The position numbers and the translations under genes are program-made. A stretch of 64,000 nucleotides of DNA, from positions 288,001-352,000 of the forward strand of contig OY970173.1 in assembly GCA_963707635.1 (NCBI GenBank), read 5' to 3'. The DNA comes from Candidatus Latescibacterota bacterium. GTDB taxonomy: Bacteria; Krumholzibacteriota; Krumholzibacteriia; WVZY01; JAKEHA01. The notes below the pieces were generated by a model. The model ran no database searches and had not been told where the DNA came from. It saw only the letters and a list, made by a program, of their open reading frames with translations. Shown here piece after piece: positions 62,684 through 64,000 of this stretch. Position 1 is the first letter of the stretch. Every line of letters begins with the position of its first letter.

Positions 62684-63674
62684 CTACGGCCCCGGCCCGG
62701 TCACCGTCAGCCGATCAAGGATGAAGTTCGCAGCAACGCGATGGCCTTTCGCGTTCAAGTGCCACGGATCGAAATAGGCATCGTTGTGAATCTTCAACTC
62801 GGCCGGCGCGTAGCGGCCGAAACGCGTCCAGCACGTCGATGGTTTCGATTCCCTCGTGACGGGCCGCGGCCGCGAGGCGAGCATGCACATCCGTGAGCGC
62901 GTAGTCGTCGAACGAGGGCTTGTCCTCGAAGATCGGGATCACGACCAGCATCACCGGCACGTGGTGCTCCCCCGCATCCACCGCGATGCGGTGGAGATTC
63001 GCCTCCACGTCCTTCCAGAACGCACAGTGGAGAAACGCGTGAAACTCCTTCGGGCAGTGTCGCCCGGCGAGGGACTGTTTCGCGCGAAACCAGCCGAACC
63101 GGAACACGTCGAGCACGTACGAGCGCGGCCGGTAGTAGTACTGCCCGAGCGCCCCGTTGGCGTTGTGGTACACGGGCTGCGCCGGGTCGTTGAGACAATA
63201 GCTCCATAGAATGAGGTCGGGGTGGTAGCGAAACGCCTCGGCTTCGAGCAGCACCAGCTCCTGTGAGGTGGAATAGCCGATCCGGGCGAGCAGGATGACT
63301 TCGTAGCGATAGCCGCCGGGCTGCGCGTTGAGCGAACGCTCCAGCACGCGGCCGAACGCGGAGTCGGGGTCGACGTCGCGCCCTTCGGCGACGGAATCGC
63401 CGATCAGCACGATGCGATAGGTGCTGTCGGGCTTCTCCGGCGTGTGTTCCCGGTCCCGGAAGCCGCGCGAGTTCGCGCCGCACTCGCCCGCCTGGTAGGT
63501 ATAGATGAGGCGCCGGTCGCTGGAAGGCGCCGTGCACAGCTCGCGCTCGTCGAAGGTGGCGCGGATCGCATCGCGCGCGACGGCGGCGCGGTGACGAAGC
63601 AGCCCCTCGGCAATGCCCAGCACGGCCGCGAGCGGGACGAGAACGAGGAGGAGGTGTACGAACGGGCGCCGCAT
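62684..63674 (-). CDS. SGNH/GDSL hydrolase family protein, +1 frameshift near 62814
   Basis: N-terminal TM, NSRGFRD, LIGDSV, CLND; the catalytic DxxH block (DPWHLNAKGH) is in the adjacent frame; 329 aa if joined. Confidence 0.85.
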
Positions 63675-63678
63675 ACGA

Positions 63679-64000
63679 TCACAGAAAGCGCGCCAGCACG
63701 AAGATGCCGATCATGGTGAACAGGAGCGCGAGCTTGCCGAGCGTTCCCACCACGAAGCCGATCCACGACGCCACGCCCACGCGCCCGGCCTGCTTCACCG
63801 AACGCCCCGCTCCCAGCTCGCCGGCCACCGCCCCGACAAACGGCCCCAGCAGTACGCCCGCCACACCGAAGAACGCTCCCACCAGGGCGCCGAGCACCGC
63901 GCCCCAGATCGCGTACTTGCTGGCGCCGACCCGTTTCGCGCCCAGCGCGCTCGTGATCAGGTCGATCACGTACGTCAGCGCGGTGAGCACGGCTAGCACC
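63679..64000 (-). CDS. DUF456 family membrane protein (5' end outside the window)
   Basis: GAKRVGASK..IWGA.LG...G...GPFVGA..GEL glycine-rich TM pattern. Confidence 0.8.
   Translation of the reverse strand, partial: VLAVLTALTYVIDLITSALGAKRVGASKYAIWGAVLGALVGAFFGVAGVLLGPFVGAVAGELGAGRSVKQAGRVGVASWIGFVVGTLGKLALLFTMIGIFVLARFL

Overview
High-GC bacterial chromosome segment with almost all genes on the minus strand. The FlgD/T9SS-like C-terminal domain of a large secreted protein suggests an FCB-related candidate lineage such as Krumholzibacteriota or Latescibacterota (inference). Most of the window is core housekeeping: the tRNA Thr-Tyr-Gly-Thr / tuf / rpmG / tRNA-Trp / secE cluster, cysS, ddl, gltX, ispDF, mlaEFD, dnaB, udg, coaBC, rpoZ, gmk, yicC, rqcH-like, selB, murA, prmC, prfA, rpmE, rho, priA, tsaD, a clustered glnB-glnE-glnD-glnA nitrogen-control set, and nnr. 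No CRISPR array, transposase or phage genes were seen. Main observations: (1) a five-gene signalling operon behind a sigma54-type promoter, with two tandem membrane histidine kinases each fused to a partly degenerate HD-GYP domain, a sensorless kinase, a REC-GGD(D)F protein and a stand-alone REC; (2) a second, near-identical sigma54 promoter heading a ~270-nt unit with no convincing ORF and a strong terminator (candidate sRNA); (3) three intergenic hairpins sharing a conserved core but with diverged arms; (4) leaderless-type promoter layout at several genes; (5) DnaA-box-like motifs spaced 11 bp apart upstream of dnaB; (6) four +1 frameshifts that can all be read as an extra G after C, probably sequencing artefacts.
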